Below, piece by piece: positions 9,756 through 21,701 of a DNA stretch of 46,775 nucleotides (its first letter is position 1; each line of letters starts with the position of its first letter). Origin of the DNA: Dimorphilus gyrociliatus (Eukaryota; Animalia; Annelida); contig CAJFCJ010000064.1 in the NCBI GenBank assembly GCA_904063045.1, forward strand, positions 50,879-97,653. The letters run 5' to 3'. The translations under genes and the position numbers were made by a program. Below the pieces are notes generated by a model. The model had not been told where the DNA came from. It saw only the letters and a program-made list of their open reading frames with translations, and did not search any database.

Positions 9756-12700
9756 TTATGCAAGGCTCATATCAGTGGAAATCTGCTCTTTAATCCAATC
9801 AAAGTAGGTCGAAACCTAAAAAATACATAATAAAAGATGTAGATGAATATAAATGCAATTCTGGTAAAATGTCTTTTGTACACTCTGAAAATTGTTAATT
9901 TGGCTTGATGCCTGTTTCCCTAAAGGTACTATTTGCTTCTACCCATTCACTCATCTCAGTGTCCCTGATATTATAATCAAGTTAAAAGTGATACTACTCA
10001 ATACTTAGGAGAATATTAATCACTATAAAAAGATATACATCTTTCAGTGTTTAACAAAGACTTTTAGCCAGTTCTGTAAATATATAGAAGATGATATACT
10101 CTTGTATAAACACTCATTTTCTTAATGCAACCCCTATATCCCCAACTTGCCAATCCAATAAGTCTCCAACGGTTATTGATTTTGCAATGCAATGGTCCAC
10201 CAGAATCTCCCTAAAAATGTAAAAAACTCATTAAGAATAGAAGATTAACAAAACGTTTTTGCCAAAAAAAAGAATTCATATTAGGATAAGAACCCTAAAA
10301 TGTAATTTGGGAGCATTTTGTCTTAATTTTAAAGAAAAATTCAAAAATTACATACAGTACAAGCTATTCCTTGTTCACTTTTAGATTTTCCAACACAAAT
10401 CATTCCTGGATATTTCAGGAGAGTAGAAGGAAACATTTCTTTGTTACATTCATCTTTTTCAAACATCTGTTGTTTTACTCTGTATAGAAATCTAGCGACA
10501 GCTAAAAAAATAGATAAAAGTATTTAATATATATAGTAATGTACATAAAAAGACATTTAGATACAAACTTTCACTGTCCAAACATCCATAGCCACTAATT
10601 TCACATTCATATTTGTTTGTAATACCATAATCTCTTTCTGGCAAGCAAATAGGAAGTATATCTGGTGTGAATTCTATTTCTTTTATCAATTTTAAAACAG
10701 CAATATCATCTTGTAGAGACACTCTTCTATAATTTTTATTCATATAAATCTTTTGAACTCGGATTTTTTGTGAGCTATGTATAAAAGTGTGTCAATGGGT
10801 ATTATTATTATTGACAGAAGGAAATTGATTAGTATTCTGGGAGAAGTTCTTGCCCAAGAAGAGAATAAATGATCAGGATTGATTACACTGTACAAGAAAT
10901 TTATTATTAATAAGAACATTTTTATCCTCTTTGAAAAGGTGTATGTCATAGAAGAAAACAATGAAAACTTTCAAATCAATTTATAATTGTACTCAAAAAT
11001 CAGAAGTTGTACTAAAAAAATTTCAAAATATTTTATTTTTTTTTAAAAGATTGCAATTTTGCTTTTGACAATTGTGGATATTCAATAAAAAACAATCCAA
11101 TGCAACCATTTGAAAGGTTTAAAATGTTTGATTCAAAAATTTTTAATTGTACATAGTTTTAAATTTTTTTTTTGTAAATAAGAAATAATATTTGTCTTTG
11201 TTTTTTGTTTTTAGCAAATGTTATGGTCATTTCTAGTGAAAATTTAAAATTTACCCAAAAACGATAAGAGCAATTGTGTTGAAACAACAATTAACTTGAA
11301 TTTATTCAAATAGATAATAAATCAACTATTTTAAAACTTTTCATTCATTATCATATTAAATTTTTTGGCTGTGGAATAGATGAGTAATAGAGTTTTTTTT
11401 TGTGGGGTAGATGAGCAAAAGGAGAAAAACATTTAATGGCTGGACAAACAATTTTTTCTATGATGAAACATTTCTTTGTAATGGCCTGTAAAATGATAGA
11501 AATCAACACTAACTAATAAGTTATAAATGTAGAAAAATGAATGACAGATGACACTATAATGCAATTTATGCATTTTGTACAACTTTGGTTATATTTTACA
11601 TGCTTGAACTCTATTATTTTATGCAACATATACATGTACATCTTAAAACCTACGCAAGAAAATGCTATAACATTGGCCAAACATAAGTCTGATAAGTCAG
11701 CTTGAAGGCTCATCTTTAATTACCAATAAAGGTTTGGCCAAGTTATAATTTAATTAACTTGCCTAGGGTGTGGCCAAGTTATAATTCAATTAACCTTCCT
11801 AAATGTTCAACCTTGTAACATCCTCTTACTAAACATAAATATGAACTACACATTTTGGCAACTGTAAAGTGATGATTGGATGTCAGAGACAAACCTCAAA
11901 GTATATAAATCCTCACTATTCTCATTTGGCATGCAGCTTCCATCTGGACCCAAGGACCTGGGAAAATCATCTGGAAACAACCTCCACTGGAACCATCCAT
12001 CTACTCCTCAACATTGGAAGACAGTTTGGTAATTTGGCAACCTGCTTTTACAAACTATCTACTCTGCTATCGAACTCTCATATTGTTACTTGCTTAAGTA
12101 TTATTATTGCGAATAAACCGTTTTAATTTAAACATTTGTTTAAAGGTTCGAGTAGAACCAGTATTGTTATAACTTGCAAACGCATAGATTTTGCCAGCAA
12201 GAGCAGTACAACATTAACTTACGTATCAAAATCTATACAATGTACTGCTGTTAAAACATATCTTGGATGGATTAACACAGCTCCTCAATATTGCCCATTT
12301 CCATGAGAGATGTAACCTTATTTTGAATTGAATCATCTAAAATTCAAAACTTTACATGAAAAAAATATAATTCAAGTAACCTGCCACAGTACATTCTCAA
12401 CATTTGTTCTTTCTCCTCCAACAATATATTGCTCTCCTCTACCATACTCCAAACCACAGTATGTCATATTCAAGAAATTTGTTTCTAATATATTAAGTGA
12501 TTTATAGTGAAAAAATGTAAAAAGTGATAAATACTTATTTCATCTTCAACATATAAACAATTGTGCATTTGAATAAGAATGCTTTGGTTTTGATTAACTG
12601 AAGCAGACACTCCAATTTCAATCTAAAATATGAAAATGGAATGACTGAGAGAAGGAAATTAATGGTAATTTATATCAACTTGTGAAAAACTCCCAAGTAA

Positions 12701-12906
12701 ATTGTATTTATAATAGAAAATTTCATCTTTTTTCTTTTCAATTTGGGCAGTAGGATACTGTGAAAGGTTTGAGTCATCATATAGAACTCTTAGCTTGAAT
12801 AAAACTTCAGTTGTAGAAAACTTTGACTAACTGCTTAATGTTATAAATATGCAATTATTATTAGTGTTGACAATTGTTTTTACAACTGGTGATATTAGTG
12901 TAGAAC
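9756..12906 (-). pseudogene. Trypsin-family (S1A) serine protease pseudogene: 5' exons in the IR1 spacer, 3' exons in the left arm, interrupted by the 916-bp insertion
   Basis: Exon 12484-12381 reads CGLEYGRGEQY-IVGGERTNVENVLWQ. Exon 12316-12223 reads GAVLIHPRYVLTAVHC (His 12242-12240), with a 1-bp deletion and TGA replacing Cys at 12287-12285. DDIAVLKL..LPICLP..CEISGYG lies in 10743-10560, GDSGGP starts at 10210, and the last exon VSTYFDWIKEQ stops at 9756. Confidence 0.85.
11261..12176 (+). repeat. 916-bp segment, copy 2, inserted in the protease intron and flanked by CAAA (11256-59, 12177-80)
   Basis: Identical ends to 1407-2322. Both flanks belong to one interrupted intron. Confidence 0.9.
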
Positions 12907-13278
12907 TTTGGGTAAATTTTAAATTTTCACTAGAAATGACCATAACATTTGCTAAAAACAAAAAACAAAGACAAATATTATTTCTTATTTACAAAAAAAA
13001 AATTTAAAACTATGTACAATTAAAAATTTTTGAATCAAACATTTTAAACCTTTCAAATGGTTGCATTGGATTGTTTTTTATTGAATATCCACAATTGTCA
13101 AAAGCAAAATTGCAATCTTTTAAAAAAAAATAAAATATTTTGAAATTTTTTTAGTACAACTTCTGATTTTTGAGTACAATTATAAATTGATTTGAAAGTT
13201 TTCATTGTTTTCTTCTATGACATACACCTTTTCAAAGAGGATAAAAATGTTCTTATTAATAATAAATTTCTTGTACAG

Positions 13279-14410
13279 TGTAATCAATCCTGATCATTTA
13301 TTCTCTTCTTGGGCAAGAACTTCTCCCAGAATACTAATCAATTTCCTTCTGTCAATAATAATAATACCCATTGACACACTTTTATACATAGCTCACAAAA
13401 AATCCGAGTTCAAAAGATTTATATGAATAAAAATTATAGAAGAGTGTCTCTACAAGATGATATTGCTGTTTTAAAATTGATAAAAGAAATAGAATTCACA
13501 CCAGATATACTTCCTATTTGCTTGCCAGAAAGAGATTATGGTATTACAAACAAATATGAATGTGAAATTAGTGGCTATGGATGTTTGGACAGTGAAAGTT
13601 TGTATCTAAATGTCTTTTTATGTACATTACTATATATATTAAATACTTTTATCTATTTTTTTAGCTGTCGCTAGATTTCTATACAGAGTAAAACAACAGA
13701 TGTTTGAAAAAGATGAATGTAACAAAGAAATGTTTCCTTCTACTCTCCTGAAATATCCAGGAATGATTTGTGTTGGAAAATCTAAAAGTGAACAAGGAAT
13801 AGCTTGTACTGTATGTAATTTTTGAATTTTTCTTTAAAATTAAGACAAAATGCTCCCAAATTACATTTTAGGGTTCTTATCCTAATATGAATTCTTTTTT
13901 TTGGCAAAAACGTTTTGTTAATCTTCTATTCTTAATGAGTTTTTTACATTTTTAGGGAGATTCTGGTGGACCATTGCATTGCAAAATCAATAACCGTTGG
14001 AGACTTATTGGATTGGCAAGTTGGGGATATAGGGGTTGCATTAAGAAAATGAGTGTTTATACAAGAGTATATCATCTTCTATATATTTACAGAACTGGCT
14101 AAAAGTCTTTGTTAAACACTGAAAGATGTATATCTTTTTATAGTGATTAATATTCTCCTAAGTATTGAGTAGTATCACTTTTAACTTGATTATAATATCA
14201 GGGACACTGAGATGAGTGAATGGGTAGAAGCAAATAGTACCTTTAGGGAAACAGGCATCAAGCCAAATTAACAATTTTCAGAGTGTACAAAAGACATTTT
14301 ACCAGAATTGCATTTATATTCATCTACATCTTTTATTATGTATTTTTTAGGTTTCGACCTACTTTGATTGGATTAAAGAGCAGATTTCCACTGATATGAG
14401 CCTTGCATAA
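13279..14410 (+). pseudogene. 3' half (Asp and Ser exons only) of the protease, duplicated in the IR1 right arm
   Basis: DIAVLKL in the 13423 ORF, GDSGGP at 13956, last exon 14351-14410. No IVGG or His exon upstream on this strand. Confidence 0.85.
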
Positions 14411-14847
14411 AAAAGATGAAGAGCACAATTTAGAAAAAAACAAACTTATCAGAAGGACATATTCTCTTGTACTAATATTTATAAAATTTTATCCTTATAA
14501 TAAATTATAACATAGTAGTTAGAATACTTCTATGAAAGTATATGAGAAAGAGTTTGGCAAAATTGAGCAAAACAACAATGACAAACTACTTAATTAAGCA
14601 TATATGGATATTTATATTTTTTAATAGATATTGTTTTAAATAAAGTTTCCTTAATCAAAGATTGAGCAATTTACTCAGGGAATCTCTTCATAGAGTGTGT
14701 ATATCTTTTGCCAGAACTAGTGAGCTAAAGTGCGCAAACTATGTTATGTTACCAGAAAGTTTATCAGGGTTACCATTCTTTAGATGCTTAAGCTGTAGTG
14801 AATTTATTTGAATTAAATAAGAGCACTACTGAAAAGTAATTTTTACC

Positions 14848-15024
14848 TTAGTCTACACAGTATTCTTCACTTTCTACAGTCTTTTTGATCCATTGGAAAT
14901 TAGGTCCAATTTGGGTAAGGGCAGTGTTATCAGCATCACAATTTTCAGGAGAGGATACAAAAGCAGTAACAGTTACTCTTGAATTGATATTGCAGTTTAG
15001 TGGAGTACCAGCAGAAATTGTTAC
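14848..15024 (-). CDS. Mirror copy of the protease-homolog exon
   Basis: Reverse complement of 9142-9318. Confidence 0.5.
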   Translation of the reverse strand, partial: VTISAGTPLNCNINSRVTVTAFVSSPENCDADNTALTQIGPNFQWIKKTVESEEYCVD

Positions 15025-16807
15025 CTATATTTTGAAGATTTTTTAAATAAAATAATCTGATTTTATATCTTGGGCAAGAACTTCTCCCAGAATACTAATC
15101 AATTTCCTTCTGTCAATAATAATAATACCCATTGACACACTTTTATACATAGCTCACAAAAAGGATTGGAAGACAATGATTATCAGAAAATTCTATCAAT
15201 TTCTTCAAAGGAAAAGCATTATTCTATTATACGTATATGCTGCAATGCAGGTGAGCATAAAAAATTCTTACAAATAAATGTAATGAATTTAGCATTAATT
15301 ATAGAACTACATTAGTCTTACTGTAACCACTTAAGAACATTAATTTAGTGGCCAGCTAAAGGGTATCAGAAAGTGAAACTCAACTATTGTTGACTTTTTG
15401 ACCAGTTCCAACTTCTCATATTTGTCCTTTCCAATCATTTACCAATTAACCAAAGTACTAATTCAAATAGAAAACATAAAAACAATACATGATATATCTA
15501 AAATATAATCCCTAAACAAATGCTTCATGACCAGCAGGTGGCAACACCTGTCTTTGTAGATACCTGGAATAGTTCAATACAATGACTCACCCTCACCTCC
15601 TTTTCATCATGATTAAAATCATAGGGGATCCATTTAGCAAAATTTTTCTGTGCCCCAGCTACAATATGTATTGAGTAAATGAATTTCAATCTAATAATAC
15701 AGTTCAATCTATGTTTACAGATTAGAGACTAACCAGCTTTGTCAATTCCATAGTGGCTCCATCTAATATGGTCAAAAAATCTATTTCTTATGAAATAAAA
15801 TTCTTTCTAAAGTTCCATCATTCAATTTCCCAAATATCAATATGACAATACTTCTATGTATACAGTAACAGGTTATAACAACTAAATCTCTTCACAAAAG
15901 ATGGTTTTCATTGAAAAACATAAAAAACTTTATCAAAATGACTCAACAAAGTACAGTAAGAATCTTTAATTTGTCTGGTTCTATTGGAAAAGTGCAGTTT
16001 TTTCCTTTTGGAAAGATAGTATCTGCTCAAAATATGACCAGATATAAAATCTTTTTCCTTTCTATGAACAAGGTGAAAAAATCAAAAAAAAAAATGATAT
16101 ATTTTATTTAACAAAAGACTTGGCACAAGTAAACTTGCAACAGAAGAAAAAGGTGATTGGACAAACTTTTGTCAAAAGTGAGAAAGATTCGGCTATAATA
16201 ATTTTTATTAAACTACTTCTTGTGATTTTCTGTGTTAAAGAAGAATTAAATTAACAGTAGGTTTACCTTCTAATGACTATTTTAAGAAATATAATACAAA
16301 AACTAATTTTCAATGTGTTGACAAAACAGTATCAAATACTTAAATGATTATCTGAATGAAAAATGGATATCATCTATAAGTAATAGATTAGGAAAAGGTG
16401 TCTTTTTATTTACAATTGTCTCTCCTTAACAATGCTAAAGATCAGTCCTTGTTAAAAGACAAAAAATACAAGATAGAAATTCAATATATATTTAAAAATT
16501 CTATAATTATATAATGAATATTTTAACAAAGATTAATATTATATTTTAAATAAGCAATAATCTTCTAGTCTTTACAAATACTTCAATAATTCAATAAAAA
16601 AGAAAATTGTCTGAACTTTATAAATGTTTTTTTTCATCAAAATGTTTGAATAATTTATCTAAGATACAAGTTTTTCATGGAAATTCTATAGTAAATATTG
16701 AAAATCATTAAATTGGAGAACAAGAAAGTTTTTTTTTTCTCATTTCTCTTTTATTGTTCTTAAACAGAGAGAGAGAGAAAAGAAAGAGAAGAGAGAAAAA
16801 CCATAGA

Positions 16808-18951
16808 ATGAAGTTGATTTATCTTTATTCATTTCTTTATAATATTTTATCAATTGCTCAAAGTTACATAAAACTTGATGAAGATATCGCTCATTCTCGT
16901 GATGCATATCAGCGTACAACACATTTCAATGATTTAGCCATAAATGCTGTAGAAGGTGGGGCAAATGTTGGATATGCAAGAGACAGAGATTTTAATTATG
17001 GATGGTGGACTGTTGATCTTAATGGATATTATAGAATTACAGAAATGTGTTTCTATAATAGAGAATATCAAGGTTTTTTTTTAAATAGAATTTTAATGAG
17101 ATATTATTAAAATTTACAATTTTTAGATAGTCTAAGAAATTTTCTTGTTTATACCGAAAATCAATTGCATGATAATAATGAATTGTGTATTAATTATTCA
17201 AAGATTGTGACAGGAAAATCTTTGTATAATGATGAAAATTTTCATTGTGAACTATGTAATTGTACTGGAAATTTTGTATTTTTGCAACAAGCATATTTTG
17301 GAGTATTTTTGATTATAGAAGAAGTGAGAATAAGAGGAAATTTAATTAGAGATTCGGGTAATAATTTTAATAGAAAATCTTGTCATCATTTTTACTTTTT
17401 TTTTCAGATGAAAATTATTATCACTTGAAAATACAGAATTATTCATTTCAAATGTATCAAATCCTAATGTTAAGTTGCTTACTGATAGGCTATATACAAC
17501 CTTTATTAATTCTGGGAAATATATTGGAACCCAACCATTTATTAGAATTGATCTATTGAAATATTATGAGATAAGGACAATTTTAATTGATAGAACTGAT
17601 GAGAATAGTAAGTTATAAGCTGATTCTTAATTTATTATTATATATATTGAAATAAATTACAGTTCCTACAAGGCAATACTTTGCTATATTTGTAAGTGAA
17701 TTACCTTTCACTTGTGGTCAAATTTCAAATAAATATCTATTGGATCGGATAAAAACCAGTCTCTTTATGTTCCAACAACATATGTTGGTTCTAAATCAAA
17801 ATATTTACTTGGAAGATATGTTCTTATAAAATCTGAACTTGAAAATGGAAATTTGGAAAATTATCTTCCAATAGCTAATATTTTTCTGTATCGTAAAAGA
17901 GAAGATATAAATCTTTCAACAAATTGTAAGTATACTTTCCATACAATTGAATCACTTAGGCAACGACATAAACCATCTATCAATATAAAATTTAAAAATA
18001 AGAAAAAAACCAAAATGGCGAACTTTTTAGTGAATTTCAAAGAAAATCAATTGTTCAACAAAAAAAAATGTACTTATTTTAAAGATAACATTTAAAATAT
18101 TCTTTATTCCTTTCCAGATATTCATTATGAACAAAAAGGTCATGTTTTATCCAAGTTGAAAAATGATATACCATATCTCTCTGGAAGTATTCAAATGAAA
18201 GCCAATGATATTCTAACCATAAATACAATAGAAATTTTCTTGATGTAATTTGCATAACATGTAATGAAAAATACATTATTCTTCAAAATCATTGTTTTCT
18301 ATAAGTTAATAAAAATATCTTCTTTTTCAACAGTTGAAACTGACAATCAATTAATAGAAAAAGGAGTTGAAATGAAGTTTTTTAATGAAAGGAACACAGA
18401 AGCCTTATTAGAAATGACTACAAATTTTGAAGGAAAAATGACAATTGTGGATATTTTTTAGGAGTAATAATGAATAAATTAACTATTCTAGCTAAATGTA
18501 ATATAAGAATTGATGATGTTCAATTTTATGGACAATTAAAAAATAATTATATGAACAGTTAAGAATGATTTCTAATAATTTTTGTTCTTTTTTTTGATAA
18601 ACATCACATAATATTGTTTTTTTTATAGATTTTGTAGCTGCTAATAAATTTATAGAGGATTGCCAACAATTAAATTCACCTAGAATAATTGTTTCCAGTT
18701 TATATATTAATAATACAATGGAAATTGGTGTGATAGTTGGTAAGAAATTGAAAGGAAATGATGTTGTAGTAGTTGCTGAACATGAAAAGTCTAATGAACA
18801 ATGTTTTGAAAATGGTTATATGATGACCCTTGATGATAAAATACTTTATAGATATAGATGTCTAAAGAACATTATTTCTCTACAAATTTTGAAAATTGAC
18901 CCAAATATCAAAATTGAAGGATTGTATAAATTTGCAACTATTTCCTATTAA
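16808..18951 (+). pseudogene. Mirror copy of the F-type lectin gene with 1-bp frameshifts
   Basis: Reverse complement of 5211-7359 but one A shorter in coding A-runs at ~17411 and ~18443. These could be consensus errors. Confidence 0.6.
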
Positions 18952-19355
18952 ATCATTAAATACACTTAAGCATATTGCATGATAAATACTAGTATTTAAA
19001 TCTTTTTTTTAAATGAAGTCAATAAACACTAGCGACATCTATGATATAAATACTGATAGAATGACACTTTTCATATCAGTTGCATGTATTCAGTGGTGTA
19101 CAACTTTGGTTATATTTTATACTTGAACTATATTATTTTATACAAATACTGATATGTGTACCTCTTATAGAGCCTGCTCAAGAAATTACAATAACATTTA
19201 GCCAAACATAGGCTTAGTTAGTCATCTTTAAGGTTCATCTTTAATTATCAGTTAAGCTTTGACCAAGTTATAATTCAATTAGCCCTCTTAAGTGTTGAAC
19301 CTTGTAACATTCTGTTTCTAAACATAAATATAAACTACACAGTTCCGAAAATGTA

Positions 19356-20140
19356 TAAAGTGGACAACAGGTATGTTGGAACACCTCAAATTTTTATAGG
19401 CCAAAACCTTTTTTGTGATGAAAAAAGGCTAATAATAGGCTAATCTTGCAATTTTATATAAATTTCTTTAAAACAGCAGTTAGGTACGTTTTTACATATT
19501 TTTTTTATAGAAATTTCCATAGTTTTCTGAGTTTTTTTCTTATTTGGCCGCGCGACATGTTTATTGGAACAATGTTCAATTGTTAAATTTTTGGTCTACT
19601 TTTGTATGTGCCCACCCTCTCTTTCTATACATTTGCTTATTCTACAGCCCATTCCCCCATATAAGCCTGGCAACAAGAGTGGATTTCTGTTGATAACCTC
19701 ATAGGAGCATTTCTTAATCTTTGGAGGTGAGATCAGTTCTTTGTCTGACTCTGTTATATTTGAAATTTTGTCTTTTCAGCTCCCTCTGTATTGTTCTTAT
19801 GCTTACATCTACTTCTAATTCCTTTAATATCTTTGCTGTTGTCACTCTTTGCTTGTTATCTTTCAGTTTCTTGAATGTCAAACCAGATGTCAACTCGATG
19901 TTCTGATAAACAGCCAACTAAAGAAAAAACTTATGAAAATTATTAAAAATTTTTGCTAATAATCTTCAAAAAATATTATCATTTTCTTCAATTTTTTTCA
20001 ATATTATGTCAATTTAACTCTTTTTCTTTATAAATTTAGACAAAAAATACTAATTTGCATGGGACAAACAATTTTAACTGTTAATTAAAAATTGGCCTAT
20101 CAAAATTTATGGCATCCATATATACATGTTGTCCACTTTA
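19356..20140 (-). mobile_element. Mirror copy of the Tc1-like element in the IR1 right arm
   Basis: Reverse complement of 4023-4807 with the same TA flanks. Confidence 0.85.
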
Positions 20141-20580
20141 TAAATCCTCTGCTATTGAACTCTCCTGATGTTTTTTTTAAGATTTGGAAGATTTAAGATT
20201 CATGCCATTTTCACCCCAATTTCTTCCTTTTTCAAAATTTATATTTATAATATTCTTGCTTAAAGATATCCAAAAACATTTCAATATTCTGTGAAATGAT
20301 TATGGGAGAAAATGTTTCAATTTTTGAAGATTTTCATCAATGTAAAAGATCTTTTTTGTATCAGGAGAAACTTCTTTTTCAGAACCTTTCCAAGCTGATT
20401 CTTCCATTTTGAAGTAATTATTCCTCAATTTTTTGGCTCTACTCATCATACCCAGAGTAAGATTTTCAGATGCTTTTCAGCTGTCTAAACTATGTTCTTT
20501 GTTTTGAATGAATTTATGAACAGGTTCAAAAAATCAAAGGTAAACAGTTTTAAAAAAATGGCTGTCTATTCTGTTGTATA

Positions 20581-20720
20581 GCAATTGTAGGAATTTTGTT
20601 TTCATCGCAACCATAGTCATCTGTAATACTCATTTAGCAACACACAAAAGTACTGGTCCAAATAGAACCTCAAGTTTGTCCACAAGTACTAGCAAATATA
20701 TGATATTAGTCCAAAGATTT
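20581..20720 (+). repeat. Dispersed repeat family B (~140 bp)
   Basis: Shared ATTGTAGGAATT..CATTTA.CAA..AAAGTACT..CAAATAGAAC. Related copies at ~31047-31165, ~15405-15480 / ~8686-8761, ~41321-41411 / ~27570-27660, and truncated at 3605-3717. Confidence 0.7.
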
Positions 20721-21017
20721 TGACACAATTGAAAGTTCTAAAAAGTCTTTTCTGCCTTTAACTACTTCCATTAATCCTGAGTAATTCGATCAGATAAATT
20801 AAGGCCATTTTGCATTCATAATAAATAGTATTGAGTGAAATCTATGGTTTTCTAAAGAGCAGCTATACAGAATTGAAACTTATTGGCCAAAAGCTAATGA
20901 ATACTAAAAAGTGGGAGAAAATGAGTCATTTTTACAAAAGAAAAGTAAAAAAATATGGGGAATTTTTTTTACTAAAAAAACTTTATTGAATTGTGTCCAT
21001 TTTAATTATTTTGGACA

Positions 21018-21676
21018 ATGTCTTCACTGAGAGAAGTGAGAAATTGATAATTGAAAGAAACATACTTTTATTGTTCAATTTTTATTATATTTTCAGGAAA
21101 AGGAAAATAATGAAGAACTGAGAGAAGAGGAAAAAACACGAAAAAGTGAAAAAAATAAGAAATGTTCCAACTGTAGATTTTTTGTTATATTTCTTATTAC
21201 ATTTATAGTTTTGGCTGTTATTGGAGCTGGTGTTTTTGTTCTCTTTAAATTTGTAATATTTAAATCAGGCAATCTATTAATCTTAGAAAAAAATATCATA
21301 TAATTAATCATTAATTATTTAGACTACAAATCAGAAAAAAATGTTGATGAAACTCTGAAAAACAGTAGCATTGGTACTAAATCTCTTTACATATTTCTCT
21401 ATTTAACCTTTTATTTCATAATTAATAGATATAATTTCAATGGAAATGCTAATTGATCAACAATTCCATAGGGAATTATACAATAGTCAATCTGATACTT
21501 TTGAACTATACAAGACAGATATTAGTTATTTTTTAGCTAAACTATTTGGATCATGGAATAAGGAAGAAAGGAATCAGATTCAATCTATTGATCATTTTGA
21601 ATTTACTCATGCAAGTCTTTGTGTAAATTTCAATATTAATATTAACAATGGAAAATTGGAGAGAAAAAGACCATAA
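21018..21676 (+). CDS. Type II membrane protein with SEA-like domain (4 exons)
   Basis: Exons 21018-21035, 21097-~21253, ~21323-21372 and ~21430-21676 join in phase. They give a charged tail, TM FFVIFLITFIVLAVIGAGVFVLF, then MLIDQQFHRELYNSQSDTFELYKTDISYFLAKLF..HFEFTHASLCVNFNI, which resembles the SEA pattern. No HMM was run. Confidence 0.65.
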
Positions 21677-21701
21677 AAATTGGAGATAAAGACTTTTATT
21701 C

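Larger units (their letters stand above)
3605..11259. repeat. IR1 left arm (giant inverted repeat)
   Basis: Reverse complement of 12907-20720. Mirrored ORF coordinate sums are 24162-24167. 3605-3717 pairs with 20608-20720 across a 163-bp indel. Confidence 0.97.
12907..20720. repeat. IR1 right arm
   Basis: See left arm. Inner junction 11259/12907 (TTACCCAAA / TTTGGGTAA). Carries 20445-20607, which is absent from the left arm. Confidence 0.97.

Noticed and set aside
1407-12176. 10.8-kb unit bracketed by 916-bp direct repeats, read as an LTR retrotransposon carrying antisense host cargo
   Set aside because: No TSD around the unit (TGAT vs CAAA), no polypurine tract before the second copy and no TG..CA ends. 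The protease gene continues across the second copy, so that copy is better explained as an insertion.
13199-13215. FHCF as the protease His motif
   Set aside because: The true LTAVHC exon was found at 12316-12223. This string lies in the intron.
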